Source: Perkinsus chesapeaki ATCC PRA-425
Lineage: Eukaryota > Protista > Perkinsozoa
Reading direction: 5' to 3'
Assembly (NCBI GenBank): GCA_013115145.1
Contig: JAAPAO010000142.1
Coordinates: 1 to 63,689, forward strand
DNA length: 63,689 bases
A program made the position numbers and the translations under genes. The notes under the pieces were generated by a model that was given only the letters and a program-made list of their open reading frames with translations, did not search any database and was not told where the DNA came from. Below, one piece after another: positions 49,135 to 61,509 of the stretch; the stretch's first letter is position 1, and each line of letters begins with the position of its first letter.

Positions 49135-49875
49135 TTATCTGAGAGGAATTTGAAATTCCTTTTTGAACAAATCAAACTCCTTCTCCTTGTCAATGAAAGG
49201 ATGGAACCACACACGAGCTTTCGCTTTCGCCGCAAGCTCCCAGTTGAAGATGGTGTTATTTACAGTGTTCAAGTCCAAACTAAGCCCAGCAGCTACGCCC
49301 TGTCTTTTCTTCGCCTCGGTAGACTTCTCAAGAGATACAGCGAACCCGAAGTCGAAGTTCGGACCGAAATGGACATCAACAGTATCGGAGGTGCCGACGT
49401 GGTTATCTTTACCGAAAATGGTTACCGTACCCTCAACAGAAGCTCCAAGACTAGCATGCCAGTAGCCAGTATTGGGGTCAAGCTCGCCGGTTCCCTCGGG
49501 TGACGGCTCAAAGCAAAGCTGCACTGTGCCTTCCAACACCCCGTCGAAACCATTATTGAAGACATTAGCACACCCACCTCCGGTAATGTTAAGACCAGTT
49601 GGGGTTGACCCGTTCAGCGATGCTTGAAGGTCTAAATGGGTGGACTTGGAGGTATCTTCCGCATCGAAGATGTTGACCGATAGATCGAGGCGAAGTCCTT
49701 CCGAGGCGTCCAGGTTGGCGGTAACACAGAAGACTTGGTCATCGGGCTTGTTTTCCGGTGTACAGCCCTTAGGGTAAGTGATGGTGGTCAAACGTCGGGG
49801 GCCAAGTAGTCTGGAAGGTTCACGAGCAGCAATGGCAAAGCATGCTACGGATAGAGACAGGCCGTAGAGTTTCAT
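49135..49875 (-). CDS. Secreted beta-rich hypothetical protein, family copy 3 (246 aa, intronless)
   Basis: ATG at 49875; signal peptide then REPSRLLGPRRLT. Confidence 0.85.
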   Translation of the reverse strand: MKLYGLSLSVACFAIAAREPSRLLGPRRLTTITYPKGCTPENKPDDQVFCVTANLDASEGLRLDLSVNIFDAEDTSKSTHLDLQASLNGSTPTGLNITGGGCANVFNNGFDGVLEGTVQLCFEPSPEGTGELDPNTGYWHASLGASVEGTVTIFGKDNHVGTSDTVDVHFGPNFDFGFAVSLEKSTEAKKRQGVAAGLSLDLNTVNNTIFNWELAAKAKARVWFHPFIDKEKEFDLFKKEFQIPLR

Positions 49876-50559
49876 TATAACAAGATTTGCTTTGAAAAGA
49901 AGGGTTTGAACCAACTAAGCGGGAGGCGGGCGAAGCCCAGGATGTACACGTGCTACAGCCTTGCGTCGTGCCATAAAAGGGTTCGACACCGTAACATCTG
50001 CAAGTAGGGACAGGATGGTATTTTGCTCAAATCTAATGAGTAGGTCCCGGTGGACTGGTACTAAAGAACATGTCATTGTCTGCCCATGATTATCCCGCGA
50101 CGCGATCGTATTCGAGATGAAGCCTCCATCAGCTTCACTGCACGCACCTCTCACTGAGGCGCTGAGGTGGCCTCAGCCATCCAAACGAAATACTACTGGT
50201 CGCCAAGGCTGAGCTTCAGCACCAGGAAGGAAAAGTGGCGGGAAGTACAGAGGAAGAGTGACCCTTCACACGTAATACCACTACTGCAGCGAGGACGAAG
50301 CGACTGACAAGAAAACATGCCAGGGCTGTGGCTCGGAACCGTACGTAACGGTGCGTTGCCTGGCTTGCACCGAGGGCAAACGGCGAGTGTAAGCGTACAG
50401 TAGTAATGGCAATGGCTGGTTAATAACCAGTTGTTATGATAAAAGGATAGGAGTGGTGGTGACGTAGTTCGACTGTCGCAGTCATCATGCTAGTCCAGTA
50501 ACTCAGCTTTCGTCGTGACGTGTGGAATGATACTAAAAGTAATGATTATGAGATGTTCA

Positions 50560-51150
50560 AGATCCCGCATTAGTTGGCTGTAACTTAGCTAAGCTCTAGT
50601 GTTGACCTTTTGGTGTGACCGCTGAATTATGGCAGAAAGCTCCATTCGAAGCGGCCGTAATGACTTGCGTTAGGAGTCGGCTGCTCGGCCATGGCAACTC
50701 CATCATTCGAAGTGAGTTATTGCGATCTCATCTTTCGATCTATGTTGAGGTGAAGTCATCTGCATAAAGTATCTTGGCAGGCGACATTGCCTTGGCAGCG
50801 TCGCGTCGAACGAACTTGAACGAGCGGCGTTGAAGAACGAGCTTTTGAGGGATGCCTCAAGCATCCCTTTGAAGATCGGCATCAGCAGCCACCACGCCTG
50901 GGAGCTGACGCTCCTTGTACGAAATACTGTCGGTGCTGAGGTGAACCGGTGAACCAAAAAGGACAACTTCCGAGCTGTTCAGGGTGGCCATAATACAGAG
51001 GATTTCATTGTCGGGGGTTGTTTAGGCTGTGTAGTTTTTAGGACTCCGGGGAGCAGGTATGCGAAGTTATGTCAAGAATGGCCGTATCCGATTTTGGAAG
51101 ACACACCACAGTACAGCAATGTGGCACTGGCCTAGTCAGTGTCCATTACG
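50560..51150 (-). mobile_element. Decayed non-LTR retrotransposon reverse transcriptase fragment
   Basis: GIPQKLVL....F.....D...ILYADDF aligns with the G.PQG.VL.P.LF..YADD pattern at near-canonical spacing; upstream VPHCCTVVCLPK resembles the P..W....V..IPK block; in-frame stops are present. Confidence 0.55.
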
Positions 51151-51603
51151 AGTTGCGTGAGATGTCAGAATTTTATGGTTTCGAAAGCTCGTCGTTGCCA
51201 AGGCCAACAGTTCGATGCTCGTCGGAACGGAAGATGCACAAGATCATGTTGAGGCTTTGTGTAACAGGAGGGCGACTACTGTGCGACTGTGCTCCAGTCG
51301 AGCAACACGCACCGATCAACTGTGCTCATGCATTATACATTCGATTGACACCTGCCAAGTTGCTGACAGTGCCAACATTAACTGATAACCCTGCTGCGGC
51401 GGCATAGTAGTAGGAAACGGTTAAGTTGTGTAGTAAGTTGTACAGAGCGTAAACAGCATCAATTGACCTTTATACGTCTTTGTCGCTATTGAACCAACAT
51501 AAGTGGCAGCTTCCACAATAGCAGCAGCAACTCGGCGATCCTTTCAACGGTGGCGGTGGTAAGCAACAATATACAGTATATACAGTCACGTCAGACCTTG
51601 TGA

Positions 51604-53170
51604 TCACTCTTTGGTCATGTCGGGGCCGATTCCTGGCCATACGAATGCAGTAGGGGAGCCAAAGCTCGTCGCTACTTGCTCTTCTTGTGGTACTTCTCTA
51701 TCCCTAAACGCAAAGACATGAGGAGAGCGTTTAAAACTTATCACGGCATGAAACAAACGGACACCCCTTTACGGCTAAAGTTCACAACAGCGGCACCCTC
51801 AGATCCGACAAGCCCAGTTCGTAAACATCTGCTGCTGACCTGGGGAGATAAACACGTTGTGGCTGGTCCTTCCAGAAGAATATATGCTTGACTGGATCGT
51901 TAGGGAAGAAGAAGTAGAAGCATATCCAAACCATAGGGGTAGTGTACCAGCTCACCCATACATCTAATGTATAATGTGATCGCTGGGCCAGGATAAGGCA
52001 TACAAGCGTACAGCACAGCAACCACTCAATGACCTAAGATACGAAATAGGTCGATTCGTGTCCCAGGCATGAAAATGCTGAATTCTTGTAATGCTAAGTA
52101 TTCCAACACGATGGTATGTTGCAAAATAGAAATGAGGAGCACCTTCTGAGAATCGAAACTGCATAAAAGCGACAACTTTTAACCAAAGCCCGAATGTGAA
52201 TACCCAACATCACCGAACCTACCATCAAAACAAGGCTGCGAGAATAATGTGTGACGACCAGCGTTGCCAGCAGACAGTACCTGAGCAACGTTAACAGTAG
52301 TACTAAGCGAAGAGACAGCAGCAGCAGCAGCAACAGCAACTCACATCATATGGCTGCTGAAGACGAGATCACCACACCCAAACTGAACGTCAAATCCCGA
52401 GAATATAGCACCGGCATCTTTAGGAGGGCTGAAGAATGGCTCCCATGGAGCACTAGGTGGTGGAGCCCTGAGATGCCACAAATGCTGGACAGCAGACAAG
52501 TAGAGGCCTACTCCTGGCAATGTGGAGCTGGTGCGGGAAGTATAGTGACCAGAAATGAGATACAGCGGAATATAATAGTGAAGTCACAGACGTTAAGGAC
52601 CCTCCAGATGGCACCGATGAGGGTAAAATCGTCCCGGCCGAAACAGATAGGGGCCAGCACGGCAAATGCAATAGCAATAATCATACAGGCATATAAGACC
52701 TACACAAAGGGGATGCAGTAAAATAGAGAAAGGAGGCCATATGTACGGGATTCTCTGGCTCAACGGATACAGTTAAGGTATCGATGTCAGGGAAAGCCAT
52801 ATGGCCGAAGTCAACTAGAGCGTTCTCGGGACCACCATAAACATGGTATCTGACCACCAGTGACTCTGCTGCGAGACCTTCTCCTCCTCTTCACTTACTT
52901 CCCGCTCAAGTAATATACCCAATTATGGGCCCAATCATGAAGAATTTGGAAGATAACACCAATAACGATCCACGGCCAAGCGACTTTGAAAACTCCCCAT
53001 TCGATTAGAATCTGAAAATCACCGTTGGATCAGATGACAGCGGTAATCCAGGCCTCCTCCTCCTCCACCACCTTTTGCCAAACACGAGAGATATAGCTCT
53101 TGGCCTTATCGGAGGTGCTCATGTTGGTATAGTCTGCGTGTGATTCCAATTGCGGTAATGTATTATCCAT
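51604..53170 (-). CDS. Sphingolipid (IPC-like) synthase, paralog 2 (multi-exon)
   Basis: LVDFGHMAFP, GCGDLVFSSHM and RSHYTLDVWVSWYTTP; shares VAWPW, FFP.DP and FWKDQP and the final intron phase with paralog 1. Confidence 0.85.
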
Positions 53171-53331
53171 AAGTCGGTGGTTGGTGAGGGCAGCAGCAGC
53201 AGGATCAGTGGTGGGTGAGGCTGGCGACTCAGGAATTGGTAACGAGTGGAATAAAGGAAGCTGCACCACCACCACCTCCACTCAGACCGAGGCAACAACA
53301 ACAACACAACCTCCGTGATGTGAAATTGTCA

Positions 53332-55400
53332 TCACCAGTCTTCGAAACCAAAGGCTTTATGACGTTTCGATTTTCCCATTTGCCCCAGAACCGGACCGCT
53401 GGACGCCGACTCTTGCGACCCCACCGCATGGGACTTACGCTTGTGTGCCGAGGAAAGATACTTCCCTAAGGGCAGAATCAAAGACATGTGCACGCGTGCA
53501 AAAGATCTAGTACCAATTCCTGTGGAGTCTCTCTTAGGATGATCCTTCATCACATCCATACTGTCCTTCAGCAGCTGACCCTCCTTCACCTTATCCTCCT
53601 CCTCCTTCTTTTGTGCAGCTTCTTCATCCAGTATCGTCTCGAAAGGGTTAACCTGCGATCACCGTACCGTAACGGTGCTACCAACCCTCCGTCTTACGAA
53701 GACTTGCGTCTTCACTATCCTAATAGGCTCGATAGGCCGTTCTTTTTTATCAGTCTCTGTCTCGTTAAGGGCATCCAATACCGCACCTACCAGATGATAT
53801 TAATAAAGCTATCAAGAAAGCCTGAAAACATTGCCTATAAATCAGCTACCAGTTTTACCTCACACAGATAGCATCAGACACGCTACTGTGCATTCGAAAA
53901 GTGGGACTGTTAACATCATACACCTTGCGGCGAGCCACAAGTACGCAATTAGAGCTTGAAGACCTTTTCGTGACGATTCCTAGAAGCTATTCGGTCTACG
54001 ACTGGCACTGAGGGCGGCGCGACGCCTCACTTAAGTGGGCTAATGGGACAGATCACACAAGCGTCTGTTAATGTGAGATTTCAGCATGCTACCTAGTACG
54101 CACATTTCTCGCATGCGTGAGCAGATGTCACGCAGACGACGCGCCGCCGCCGGTTCATTTCGATTGTGTATGCGTAAATTTCCCTGAGCAGTTAATTCCG
54201 TAGAGGACCCCTAACTAGATTGATTGCAAGGTGAGAGTTTTTCCACCCTACATCATCGCTTAAACGCCTAGTGGAGCAGCAGCAGCAGAAGCAGCACAGA
54301 TCCCCTTTAGACTACCTCCACCAACCACCTTCCCAAAGATAGTATGGTGATTATTAAGATGTTCACAAGACTTGAACGTGATGAAGAACTGTGATCGATT
54401 AGTATCTCTGCCAGAGTTAGCCATCGAAACAACCTAAAATGAATCATATCAACTCCATCGCAACCACTCCGCTCCATCCAGCCCCACCCCTGCGCCAGTG
54501 TGCGTGAGCCTCGAATCAAACTCGTCTCGGAAGGGTTCTCCGTCCTTGAAAGCACTTCTCCCGCCCCTGCCTAAGTTAATAGAAATTCCTGTTAAAACCT
54601 TCACGCCAGCATTACCCGTTCCCTCCGGATCGCCACCTTGTATCATAAAGTTGCGTATCAGTCTGTGGAACTTCAAACCATTATAATATCCAGACTTGCA
54701 CAGCCTAAACCCACCAAACCGGTTAACGCTGTGACAGTAGCATAAACCATTCCTACTTAATGAAGTTATCACATGCCTGAGGAGCTATGTCACAATGAAG
54801 CTCCAGATTGAGCGTTCTGCCATGGTCCAGCGTCAGCGCTACATACCCCTTCTTGTGAGCCTTCCTTACCTACCCATCCACTCTACCCACCGCAGCAGCA
54901 ACACTACCGCAACCGCTTCACCTTATCATACAGTATCGTTCTCTTCTCTAAATCCGTCATCTCTCGGTACTCGTTATCATAAGCTAGATTCATTCGTGTT
55001 GAAGTGAAACTAGACGCAGCGGCACCTATAACACCTCTATCATCCCCTACCACACACTTCAAACCCCTTTACCGGTAGTGTAGAGATCGTGCTTGATGCT
55101 GACACTAGGATCAGGCTTCGCAGCATGGATTGCGGCTTCCTGCCAACAACACTGTCTATTTCCCAGCCTCCAGACTGCACTACCCTAGCCTCCGAGAAAA
55201 TAGACTTCCTCTGGTCCTCCGTAATAGGGAAATCCCCAGCCACCTTCACTCCTCTCTCGCGCAGTTTCTTCCTACCACACTTCCCTCAGAAACTCCCCTC
55301 AGGTATCCCCCTCACCGCTGGTCCCGCTCCTGGAATATTCGCCTCAGAGCATCACTGCTGCGAATCCCCTCCTTGTCTCCCTTATCAACCTGTTGCTCCT
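53332..55400 (-). CDS. PPIL2: PPIL2/Cyp60-type cyclophilin; N-terminal U-box region not found
   Basis: [72 protein letters not shown] and FGFEDW terminus match the PPIL2 layout. Confidence 0.75.
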
Positions 55401-55560
55401 GCTGCACGGACATGGGCAAAACGAAAGCAAGCTAGGGTCCCTCGAAGCCTCCAAGTACTCAACTAAGAACTCAAGGCGTCTCTTGGCTTCTTCAGTGTAT
55501 CATTCTCATTAAAGAATGTAAAAACTTACTCCCAAATAGGGTTAATGTTAGACAACGCGT

Positions 55561-58500
55561 TTAAAGTTCGTCATGAGGGTCTTCCTTCTCCTTCTTCGTT
55601 GCCTCTCCCTTACCCTCAGCAGCACCCTCCTCCTCCTTAGGAGCTTCTAATACCACACGTTCCTCAAATCACCCTCGCACCTCACAGCAGCCTACCTGTT
55701 CCTTCTGAACCCTCCGCCTTCTTTGTGTCCTCATCTGCCTTCTTATTAACGTCCATCAAGCTAAGATACTCCGTAAGCAGCTCCTGTGAACCTAACTCGC
55801 GCACAATAAAATCAGTCGTGCCTCCCCCTGCCTACTCATCTTATCCAATTTGGATGCATCGTATGTCGCATTATCTCGGGTAATGTTCCTAATAATCTCC
55901 CGAAGCTTCTCAGGTTGGAACATGTCATCCTTCTTCTTTGGCTGCTCCACTGGTTTCCTAATAAAAAGACAAACCTACCTTCACCACTACACGTCACCAT
56001 CATCACACTGTAGCTAGTATACGACCACCGCAGTAGAGCAAACTCTACTTCACTTGGCAAATAGGCAGGTTCTTGCCTTAAGCACCGAAACCGTCACAAC
56101 TTCTGGGATGCGTTCCACAAGGCAATCAGTGCTACTGTATATACCATATATTTGGATAGAAATGAAGAGCTTTGGTCCGAGCGAACAAGATACGTCGGAA
56201 GAATTATCCTAATAATGGAGATGTCGCCTCACCTTATCTTCATCAATTGATTGGCAGCCTTCCCAATAGCCGCTAACCTCTTCTTTACATCCAGCACCTT
56301 GTAAACCGGTGCCTCAGTTAACGGCGCCTTCATCTGCTTTTCCTGTTGCTCCTTAAACCAGCTCTGCCACCACAACACACCACCTTTCCCCTCCCCACTG
56401 GCCACCACTGCCTACCTCAAACTCATCAGTATCATTACCAATCTTCCACACTGTTTCATTAGCCACCCAAGTGCGGTTAGCAAGTACCTATCAACAAGCC
56501 ATAGTCCCCTAACCGGTCGACCATCCTACATTATCCAAAGTATGTCGGATACTGCCGAGCCTCTTTGACACCCATTCGGGGAGATCCTCTCTGAGCTCTA
56601 CCTCATCAGCGCGGAACAATACCGGTACCTGATAAAACACATGCCTCTTTTAACTTCATTCTTAGTCTGGTATATTCTGTTCAGTGTCTATGTGCTTAAT
56701 ACCCTCCCGCTTAACCACGGAAAATTTAGACAATAAAATCCACATGCCACATTTAGAAAGTTCCATTATTGTCAAAACGAAAGCAACAATACAGGCCTCC
56801 GTCAGATACCAAGAAGAGTGACCCCATTAGAATGCACCAATCAGCTCCAGCTCAGCTCAGCACTCCCACTACCACTCCATACTACTATCCTACTATGGGG
56901 TCAAGTAGCAATAGTGGCCATATTGACACTTCATTGATACATAGTCTACACTGACTTCAAGCAGTTCTCAAAGATTCACGTGCTCTCCACTCCACAGTGC
57001 CGCAGCACAACCCCCTCCCATTCACTACCACATCCTTCTTCAGATCATCTAAACGTTTTTTATATTCCTCAAGTTGGGCATCAAAGCCATCTTCATATAG
57101 CCAGTCTTCGGACGCAGCCAAGGTCTCTGAAGGACATCAGATCCCATCAGACTGTACCACTATAACCGTACTCATTATATCATCCCTATTATTTTCAGTG
57201 GTGACCTTATTAACTAGCTCATCATCACCTCCGAGGCGTTCTCTGACACAACACAGTAACGTACTCGAGCAAAATGGAGCCGATGGACCACAATCAGACC
57301 ACAATATTTTACTCCATATCGGCGCTCAATATAGTGTGAATTCTGTATTGAAAATTATCAGTAATATCCTATCATACGTAGGAGCTTGAGCAGGTGTACA
57401 ATATATACTGCTGAAGCCCGTATCGACCCTCAGGCCCCAATACTGGGGCGCGTGACGCCGCGAGTTACACAAGCCACTCACTCCACTGAGACACTACCTG
57501 CTGGAGTAAATATAGGCCTCAAAATCGTTCCTGGCAGACTCGGTGTCCTTAACCCTTTGATCTCGCTTATCCAAAGCCTTCCCTAAATTCCAACAACACC
57601 ATCACTACACCAACCTCTCCTCCTCCTCCTACTCCTCCTAACAGCCTTGGCTATCTCATCCTCATTCATAGGTTTAGGGTAACCAACCGATTCCACCTTA
57701 GATGTTAAAGGAACTGACACCACACCCATTACCACCTCTACACCCAGCCTAACAGTCCTTACCAAAGACCTTATTCTTAACCATCTTCCACGTAGGCTGC
57801 TTCCCAGCAGCAGCCTCTTCCTCAGTAGCAGTTTCCGTGGTATTAGTCGCAGCAGTACCTTTACAGTTCAGCTGCCAACAACCTTCTATAAAACCTTACT
57901 ATTATTTTCAGCTCCCTCCGTAGTAGTAGTAGTATTGGTAGTACTATTACTGTCCTTAGCGGCCACCTTAGCAGCCACCTTAGGCTTTATCGTCTAAACA
58001 GATTCCCCCGCCCAATACACTAAGCCACTTCCAACTACCACTTCACCTGATTCCGTAAGGTCTCAAAGATCGCCTGTGCCTTATTCAACCTCAAGATACC
58101 ACTGGAGTACGATTCAAACTTAAGCTCAACCTGACCAAAGATACCCTCTCCTCCCTCCCCACACCTCCATTACTGTCGGTATGTCAGCTAAGGCCGGCAG
58201 CTCCACAGATGGGTCGGCAGCCATTGCCGCCTCTACTATCTCCTTTCTCTTTGCCTCCTGTTTCGGCACTGCCTCCTCTATCCCCGTGATATCTAGAGTC
58301 TCCAAAAGGTTGTCATCTTCAAAAACGCTCAGCTTGACATCAAAAGGTACGTGTAGCTTGACCTGGCAAACAGATCCAAACTTCAACCTTTTCAATCACT
58401 TCTCACAGCCTTCTTCCAGGTAAGCTTATGGCCCTTTGACGCCAGCAACTGAACTCTCTCCCAGTCAGGCCCTAGTCCATCCACAGAGCCCTTCACACTA

Positions 58501-61058
58501 TCAGGATTCAGTGGCGATAGTGCTACCTTGTACCTAATCCAAACCAGCAACTCTTCCCTTCGCCACTCCAAAGCCTTTACTCGTGCTCCGAGTTAGTATC
58601 GGTGAGCCACATCTTTCGCACACGGAAGCTCTTGCTGGAGTTGGCACCGATCATAGCAGCCCCGAAGGCGATAGCCTCCTCACCTACCAAGGCTCACCTA
58701 ACGAATAGCTTCTTTATTACCATTGAGATGCTGGCCCAACTCAGCTGGGGTGACGATGTCCGCCACCACCTTGTGGAGCCTAGGGACCCTCCAGCCACCT
58801 CCAATGACCTCAGCCTCGGTGACCTCCGACATACTAGATATGTTGCTGTTGACCAATGCTTCTTGAATCTAAACCAGATCAACGCAAAGTCCATCGGGAT
58901 TCAGTAAGTGAGGGGACTATTGGCACACACACTGGGTAGCAATAATAGTACGGGACACCCTCCTCTTACATATCTGCTAAGGTACAGTAATAAAATGATA
59001 TAACATATAGTAATAATAACGAACAAACAGACTCCCCTTGGAAATGTAATATACTATTATCCATCTACCCACTGCCCACGACCACTACCGATCTGCCCAT
59101 GCAACGTAGGCAATGACCAAACCCTACTCAACTGAGGCAAGGACCTTCCCCCCTCGGAAGATACCCGTGTTCGCGTACATCCCACACGTAGAATGGGACA
59201 ATGCTACACAACAATGCAATTCGCAATCGTATGAAGTATAGTCACCTTCACCCCCCTCCAATCTCTACCACTACTTACCGTATCCTGTAATGCCTTCTCC
59301 ATGCCGGCCTTATCGATCATCTCATCCAACTCTGATCTGGTCAGGGGCTAACAAAAACCTTCCAAAAGTCCCCCAGTATCAGCAGCCTTACAGCCTTCAA
59401 GTCAGTGTCCTCATATAGACTCTCTATCTGGAAAAGCATCTCCTTATTAGCCGATAAAACATGCTTGGCGTTGTTAGCTGCCTTCAATAACTTAGCCCTA
59501 GCAAACACCCCTAACCATCACCCTCGTGCGCCTTATTACGATGCTCGCGTGCTCTTCTTGAACCCCTCGCAAAGCTTCCTATTCTTCTCGCAGAAAGTCT
59601 CTGCCATCCGATCAGCAATAAGAAGATCGATACGGTGGCCCGCGACCTGCCATTCCACGTCACGTCACGCCAAGACCCTCCCACTACCTCTCCTGTATGC
59701 GCACATCCCTGCACGTGGACATGAGGCACCGTGACGTTTCCCGGAGCGGTATGCTTGGTGTAACGCACCACGCACACCTCAGTCTGCATAGCACCAATGT
59801 TCACGAAAAGAGTGAGGAGAGAGTCGGTATTATCAAACCTAACAATCAGTCCACTGTCCGACGGCAGTAACCCACAGACATCCCTACTTAACATCGACCG
59901 CCCTCTGGACCGCTGCAGCTGTTGTCTCGTGTACCAATGTGGCCCTGGTGAAGCCGGCAATCTCAGCCGCATCCAACACAGCTTGACGGTATCTTTGTGA
60001 AGCCCATGAAGGCACCTAAGTGGAGGATGAAGTGCAACTGACCGTATAGGGATTACAGTAATGACAGCCTCAGTTGAGTGGGCGGCACGAGCAACCTTTC
60101 CCTTGCCCTTGCTGGAGGTATGATCCTCATCACTGATCTCGGCTAAGTGACGAGCAAAGGCCAGAAGATGACCTGATATCACACACAGAGGAAGTGAGCA
60201 GGAAAACTCAACCATGGCAAAGTGAGTTATATCTCGCGCACGAAATACAAACACTGAGCGGCAGTAACATAGGACAGATTCTTCACGATCGCTGCTTTAA
60301 CCGAATAGGAGCGATACTCCACAGGTAGTGACGAGTAAGCCACCCACCGCCACCACGACGATGACCTACCAGTGACCTCCTCCGAGGCCATTCCAGTGCC
60401 AAAATCTTCCTCATCTTCCTTAGATTCACCCGCCTCGCTCGGAGCCAGACTGCTAGTATCAGGCGTTATACTAGTGAAGGCTGCAGCCTAACAACAACCA
60501 CCACCACCATCTTTACCACTCCAGAGACCACCGGTACCTTGCGACCGTCAGAGTCATAGCCCAATTTATATGGATAGTAGTTCTTCGGTAAGCCTATCGT
60601 CACGTTATTTTCGGAGGAGAAGTTACCGCCCAGCAAAGACAGGAAGTACCTAAACGCGCTCAACCCAGACAGGACCTTCAAAGAGGCTTACATTGGCACT
60701 TGCTCTGGCTTCTTAGCAAATTGAGCAACAGCATCATCACCGTAGGCTCGAACCTGTCATACCGCTCTCTCCCCAAACTATCCAACTTTACACCATTACT
60801 TCCTCAGCAAAACTTATCGCAGTAGGAGTCTTCCGCTTGCTATGCAAGTTATGAACCTACCGAAGCATCACATCGCCTCCAAGCCACTGAACCATTCATT
60901 ACAATTTCGAATTTCCCTCTCTTAACAACAGCCACCTTGAAATACTGATTGCCTATATCAATACCAAGGATGTTGGCCCCAGCTAGGACTGTACACTGCA
61001 GAAGGGCCAGGGCAAGACAGAGCAGGAATCGAGGCCGTTTAAGGGATGATACGGACAT
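55561..61058 (-). CDS. HYOU1: ER Hsp70 nucleotide-exchange factor HYOU1/GRP170/Lhs1, multi-exon
   Basis: Signal peptide, ILGIDIG, SKRKTPT, ARNDFEAYIY, EDWLYEDG and C-terminal HDEL-stop at 55561. Confidence 0.9.
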
Positions 61059-61509
61059 TGGTGATACCACCGAGTGAAAACTAAGCGACGCCATTCGACC
61101 ATGGTACGGATAGGACGGATACGGATGTCTGATCAAGCAAGGCTTATTGCTTTTACGCTGTCATGAGGTAAGAATTGCACGAAAATTGCACGAAAACTAC
61201 TGAGAGTCCAAATGGCGTCGATGTTAAGGAATGCAGATGGGCCCAGGTTGGGGTGAGTAAGGGTTAGAGTGTGTCGATAGGCCCTAGTGGGAGCCAAAAA
61301 GTAGGCAACGAGCCGATACTTGGAAAAAAATGTGACGCGACAATATGCACGCATGCACAGCTGGAACTGAACGCAAAAATGGCAATGTTAGAAACAGGGC
61401 TGAGGGGGGGGGGCAACAAAGGTGCTGGGGAGAGATGTAGCCAGTAGGCTGGGACTATAAAGAACTTTAAAACCAGGGGAAGAAAACTGGGAGAAAGAAT
61501 AAATACAAT

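Noticed and set aside
49975-49995. GGTTCGA T-loop-like motif
   Set aside because: No T-stem or cloverleaf; not a tRNA.
9659-51640. Shared 16-mer gccgattcctggccat at about 9660 and 51625
   Set aside because: One 16-mer match is expected by chance in a window of this size.
53655-53700. Apparent non-canonical GA-AG intron in PPIL2
   Set aside because: Re-reading shows a canonical GTAAGA donor.
15155-55400. Apparent clustering of ubiquitin-related genes (OTU-RING, F-box/NHR, CHY, PPIL2)
   Set aside because: They are dispersed among unrelated genes; such genes are common, so there is no evidence of a functional cluster.
59511-60254. 247-aa ORF as an independent gene
   Set aside because: It is HYOU1 exons read through in-frame introns.
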